DNA from: Mobula hypostoma
Lineage: Eukaryota
Assembly: GCF_963921235.1 (NCBI RefSeq)
Contig: NC_086108.1
Coordinates: 76,944,001 to 77,008,000 of the forward strand
Direction: 5' to 3'
DNA length: 64,000 bases
Shown here: positions 59,411 through 64,000 of the stretch, in pieces
Layout of the letters: every line of letters starts with the position of its first letter
How positions within the stretch are numbered: position 1 is the stretch's first letter
Program-made: the position numbers and the translations under genes
The notes under the pieces: model-generated
What the model saw: the letters and a program-made list of their open reading frames with translations, nothing else
The model's database searches: none
What the model was told of the DNA's origin: nothing

Positions 59411-59518
59411 TCTGCCCTAGATTCCTGTTTTATAGGAGAGCACTTTATTTACCTGGAAACTATTTTTCCAGCCCTAGATTCCTGTTTTACAGAAAGGCAA
59501 TTTATTTACCTGGAAATT
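59411..59518 (+). repeat. Tandem duplication, 57-bp period, two copies
   Basis: gccctagattcctgtttta...tttatttacctggaaa at 59414 and 59471. Confidence 0.9.
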
Positions 59519-59994
59519 CATGGATACTGCTTTTCTTTCAGCAAATGGCATGAAGCAGTTATTCGTGTGTCATTTTAGGTGGAAATTTGAAGAGTCACCT
59601 TCAGACATGAATCACGTTGGGGTTCCCAATACAATTTCTGGAATTCCCCCAGAATACTTTGGGCCTCCTAGTGCCATGTGCCAGGTTGAATTGGGATGGC
59701 TGTCATTTATATCACTTTCTTCCCTTTAATCCCAAGAAATTCTTCCCTCTTTAATCTCCTACAATGCATAGACCATCAGCTCTGCCAGAGTACTACAATT
59801 AACTGATCTGTTGGTATAACACACACGTTTCTGCAGACTTTTAAGTGTTTTCTGTCCCAAGTTACCCCAATTGTTTATCACTAATGTGATCTGATTTCAT
59901 CTCCCATTTTTTGGCCTCTTCCCACTACTGGAATATCCTTGGCTCCTTCTCTTGGGTATGGAGGGTCAGTCAGATTTCCTGATTTTAGAATTTG

Positions 59995-60245
59995 AAATAT
60001 AGCCAAACGAGCCCAAGCTGCCCAATTTACACCCATGTGACCTACTAACCTACTAACCCATACTGTGACCTACTAACCTACTAACCCATACATCTTTGGA
60101 ATATTGGAGGAAACTGGAGCACCCGACGGAAGCCCACGTAGTCACGGGGAGAACTAACAAACTCCTTACAAACAGTGGCGGGAATTGAATCTGGGTTACT
60201 GGCACTGTTATAGCATTATGCTAACCACTTTGCTGCTGTGCCACT
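59995..60245 (-). mobile_element. V-SINE with internal 28-bp tandem duplication
   Basis: ggaggaaactggagcacccgacggaagcccacgtagtcacggggagaactaacaaactcc...gggaattgaatc...ctaaccac, plus tgtgacctactaacctactaacccatac twice. Confidence 0.85.
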
Positions 60246-61554
60246 CCAGATGTACAGAGATGACGGACTAAATGCAACATAACCCGGTGTACTGTTTGTT
60301 TGGGGAGGAGAGACCTGTCCAGGCCAAGTGATAGCACAGTAGAACTGGGTGCAGTGTCTTTTAGGAAGTTTCTGTGCAGCAGTGGGAGAAATATGAACTA
60401 ATTTAGCATAGGCTTGTATATAGTCCATAAGGCATTCCCGTGACACATAGGATAGTACCCAAGATGGTATGCGTGAGGAAGAAGTTGCAGAAATAAATAG
60501 CGTCATAGCAGACATTTTTAGACAGGACCGGACAGTTTTATGATGAAGGTTTGTAAATCCAAGAAGCACATGAAACAAAAGTGGAAAGCTGAAGGTGAGA
60601 TTAACCAAGTACATTTGCAATGTTGTGGCAATAGCAGAAATAATGTAGGAATAGGAAAGATATGGAAAGGAAGAAAAGGGGTGAAGTAGCAGTATCGATA
60701 GACGGGAATATTGCATTGTTGAAGAGGATATCATGCAGTCATCAAACACAAAATCTGTCTAGAATTCAGGGAAAATAAAACTCTGATTATACACTGAAAT
60801 TTTCATATTAGATAATAGGCAGCAAATTTGCAGGTAAATTGAAGAGATGTGCAAAAGCCTAATAGTAATGATAATCAGGGAACTGAAGTGTTTTAGTTTA
60901 GATTGAGATAGCAATGGCAAAAGAGTTAAAGATGAAAGGAGTTTCTGAACATTTTGATTGATCCTTTTATAGACTCCACTCATGGCTGTCTGTGAAATAG
61001 GGCCTTAGTGGTTAGGCTTCTGATATTTCTGATGAATATATGAGTGTCTTGGCTGTGAGTGAGTTGATGGGTCTCTTGCGAGGCTTCCCTTCATTTAGAT
61101 AATGGGTTTTCTATTTGACTTCATTCTTCAGTTGGTCCTTCAGTTGCTTATAGTGCATTTTCCATGGTGGAACCTCCTAATCAGGAATCCTTAGCATTTG
61201 TAATTAGCTACAATGTATATAAAAGTGATTTAAAATGTTCCCATGCTACAAAAGTTTTAGAAAGTATTACGTAAGAAAGTTTTACGTAAGAAAGTTTTAA
61301 AGCAGTCTTTTACTTATCATACATCAACCAACTTGTGTTTGGTCATGAATGGTATTGCACAGCATGTGAGAAGCAGAGCTAAATTGAATTAGCATAATTT
61401 AGGTATGAAAGTCCAGTAAATCTTGGCAATTGAGCGAAAGGTATTAAATTAAATTACTGTAATTATTTTATTTCTTTTTAATTTATCAAAGATGATTTTA
61501 ATAATTGGAAGCATTGTATACAAGGAGAAGTTTCTTGCCAAAAACATCAGTTTA

Positions 61555-61995
61555 AGCGTATAGAGAAAGTTTACAAGGATGTTGCCAGGGCTAAGGACCT
61601 GAGTTATAAGGAAAGATTGAATAGATAAGGACTTTATTCCTTGGACCGTGGAGGATTGAGGGGAGATTTGATAGAAGTATAAAAAATTATATATAGGGTA
61701 AATGCAAGCAGACTTTTTCCATTGGGGTTGGGTGGAACTACAACTAGAAGTCATGGGTTATGGGTGAAAGGTGAAAAGTTGAAGGGGAACATGAGGGGAA
61801 ACTTCTTCACTAGGAGGGTTGTGAGTATGTGGTACGAGCTGCCAGTGCAAGTGGTGTATATGAGCTTGATTTAAATGTTTAGGAGGTTTGGATAGGTATG
61901 GAGGTCTATGGTCTGTGTGCTGGTCAATGGGACTAGGCCACTTAAATGACTAGATGGGCCAATGATCTAGGTTCTGTACTTGCACTTTACTCTGA
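61555..61995 (+). mobile_element. CR1 LINE 3' end
   Basis: tttacaaggatgttgccagg...gaggggagatttgatagaagtataaaaaatt...aacttcttcactaggagggttgtgagtatgtggtacgagctgcca. Confidence 0.85.
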
Positions 61996-62854
61996 CTCAG
62001 TTCTGATTGGCAGCATTTGCGAATGCACTTCCAGTACTGATCTTGCAAGTCCCTGAAAACAGTGACTGTGTTGCTAAATGGTGGCAGTCAATAGATCAAT
62101 TATCAGGGTATGAAGTGTAAATTAGGCATTTTTATTTTATTATTTCAGTCAGTCATTTCTAAAATGGATTTTGTTTTTGTCTTTGAAAGTGCCTGGTTAT
62201 TATCTTATGCAAGTATTACTGAATGAAATAATAATTGTCATACTGTTTTAAAGGTTCTCAAAAATATTCCATCACTTGAATGTGCTTTTAATGCAAATAT
62301 TTAAATGTTTAATTTCGCTTTGTTGGTTTTATTAGCATCAGAATTGATATTTTGGTGTAGTACCATATTGATATTGACTGTTGTAACTGGAGTATTTATT
62401 GAGCAACTTTGACAAAATTTAATCGAAATTTGACTTTCTAGTTTAGTGATGGGGGAGAGACCACATTATTTTATTCAGCTGTCTGGTGAATTAGTGCATT
62501 TGCGTTAACTTTAATAACCGAAAGTGTTGTGTAATGATGGCCGTATGTGGGAAATGGCTGGTGGTGTAGGAAGTAAAAATGAGGCTGTAGTCAAGTAACC
62601 ATAAGGATGCTGAGCAGAAACAGTCAAGTGTCTGATGAAGGGGTACTTGCACCCAAAAGATCAACAACAGATATTTAGCTTACATCTGGATATTAGAGAT
62701 GGGCAGAAAATTTTTTAGGATTGTGCTACATCCAGAATGTTCATAGCTATTATTTCATGGTAATTTGAAAGTCTTGATTTTATCTTGTAATAGAATGCGA
62801 CTTACTGATGACTTTGCTTTTTTTTCCTTGTGCTTTCCATCAATTTTTTCACCT

Positions 62855-63520
62855 TCATAGTCATAGTCATACTTTATTGATCCCGGGGGAAATTGGATTT
62901 TCATTACAGTTGCACCATAAATAATAAATAGTAATAAAACCATAAATAGTTAAATGGTAATATGTAAATTATGCCAGTAAATTATGAAATAAGTCCAGGA
63001 CCAGCCTATTGGCTCAGGGTGTCTGACCCTCCAAGGGAGGAGTTGTAAAGTTTGATGGCCACAGGCAGGAATGACTTCCTGTGACGCTCTGTGTTGCACC
63101 TCGGTGGAATGAGTCTCTGGCTGAATGTACTCCTGTGCCCAACCAGTACATTATGTAGTGGATGGGAGACATTGTCCAAGATGGCATGCAACTTGGACAG
63201 CATCCTCTTTTCAGACACCACCGTGAGAGAGTACAGTTCCATCCCCACAACATCACTGGCCTTACGAATGAGTTTGTTGATTCTGTTGGTGTCTGCTACC
63301 CTCAGCCTGCTGCCCCAGCACACAACAGCAAACATGATCGCACTGGCCACCACAAACTCGTAGAACATCCTCAGCATCGTCCGACAGATGTTAAAGGACC
63401 TCAGTTTCCTCAGGAAATAGAGACGGCTCTGACCCTTCTTGTAGACAGCCTCAGTGTTCTTTGATCAGTCCAGTTTATTGTCAATTCGTATCCCCAGGTA
63501 TTTGCAATCCTCCACCATGT
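62855..63520 (-). mobile_element. Young 5'-truncated Rex1/Babar LINE, (CTATGA)n tail
   Basis: ORF 63006-63377 (MLRMFYEFVVASAIMFAVVCWGS...RKSFLPVAIKLYN). Tail tcatagtcatagtcatac. Confidence 0.9.
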
Positions 63521-63782
63521 CTTATTTTATCTTATTTACTTCATCTTATTTACAGTTGTCACTTATTTTTCCAGAGGAAATTAGCTTTTAAATTTATTTT
63601 AAGTTAACGAAATCAAGTTTTCTATTATAAGATTAATTGGGAAAATTCTAAATGTTAAAGTATTGTGGATCGAACATTCTATCTAACTGGTTTCATATAT
63701 TTTCACTCTGATGTTAGAATATTATTGACTTATTGATAGCTACTTGCGGCTAATTCAGGAACTTAATACTCTATTTAATATG

Positions 63783-64000
63783 CAGTGGATTCTGGTTAAT
63801 TGGGACATATTGGGATCAATACATTTTGGCCCAATTAGCTGAAGTTTCATAGAAATAGTTAAAAAGGTACTTTAAAAAAAGACAAATTACCATTTAACTG
63901 AGTAACAAATTATAAATTTAAATGAAATACCAAACAAATTAGAACACTACCAATACTACTGAATACTATAAAATTGTGTATTAGTATATAATAGTTATCA
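63783..64000. mobile_element. Probable Tigger-like element start, running off the window
   Basis: cagtggattctggttaattgggac... is a CAG-initiated TIR-like end with repeated aattggg/cccaatt motifs. The second end is not visible. Confidence 0.4.

Noticed and set aside
60216..60983. 177-aa and 74-aa minus-strand ORFs
   Set aside because: No domain motifs. The + strand looks like a very decayed CR1 ORF1/endonuclease region, too weak to annotate.
59234..64000. Downstream coiled-coil and RING exons of RNF220
   Set aside because: No matching peptide with splice sites was seen; they probably lie beyond the window.

Overview
Vertebrate nuclear DNA with no prokaryotic features. The repeat content (V-SINE/HE1-like, CR1, Rex1/Babar, Neptune-like Penelope, Tc1, Tigger) suggests a cartilaginous fish, probably a ray; this is an inference. 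The window lies inside the + strand gene rnf220 (RING E3 ubiquitin ligase). Six internal coding exons join in frame: 27596-27720, 44801-44939, 55764-55860, 57373-57459, 58322-58377 and 59152-59233. I did not find the N-terminal or RING exons in the window. The introns are rich in transposable elements. Main points: (1) a minor-spliceosome (U12-type) intron at 55861-57372 with a rare GC-AG boundary, and a stop codon overlapping AATAAA just inside it; (2) an in-frame alternative donor that would switch a UBZ-like C2HC zinc finger on or off; (3) a five-level nested stack, CR1 > Rex1-tailed element > Tc1 > Tigger > Penelope, with readable target-site duplications (TSDs) for the inner three levels; (4) minimal hammerhead ribozyme motifs in Penelope 3' repeats; (5) a near-full-length RTE LINE, a solo LTR, palindromic MITEs, several candidate conserved non-coding blocks and a candidate poison exon. 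Family names come from motif recognition by eye; no database search was run.
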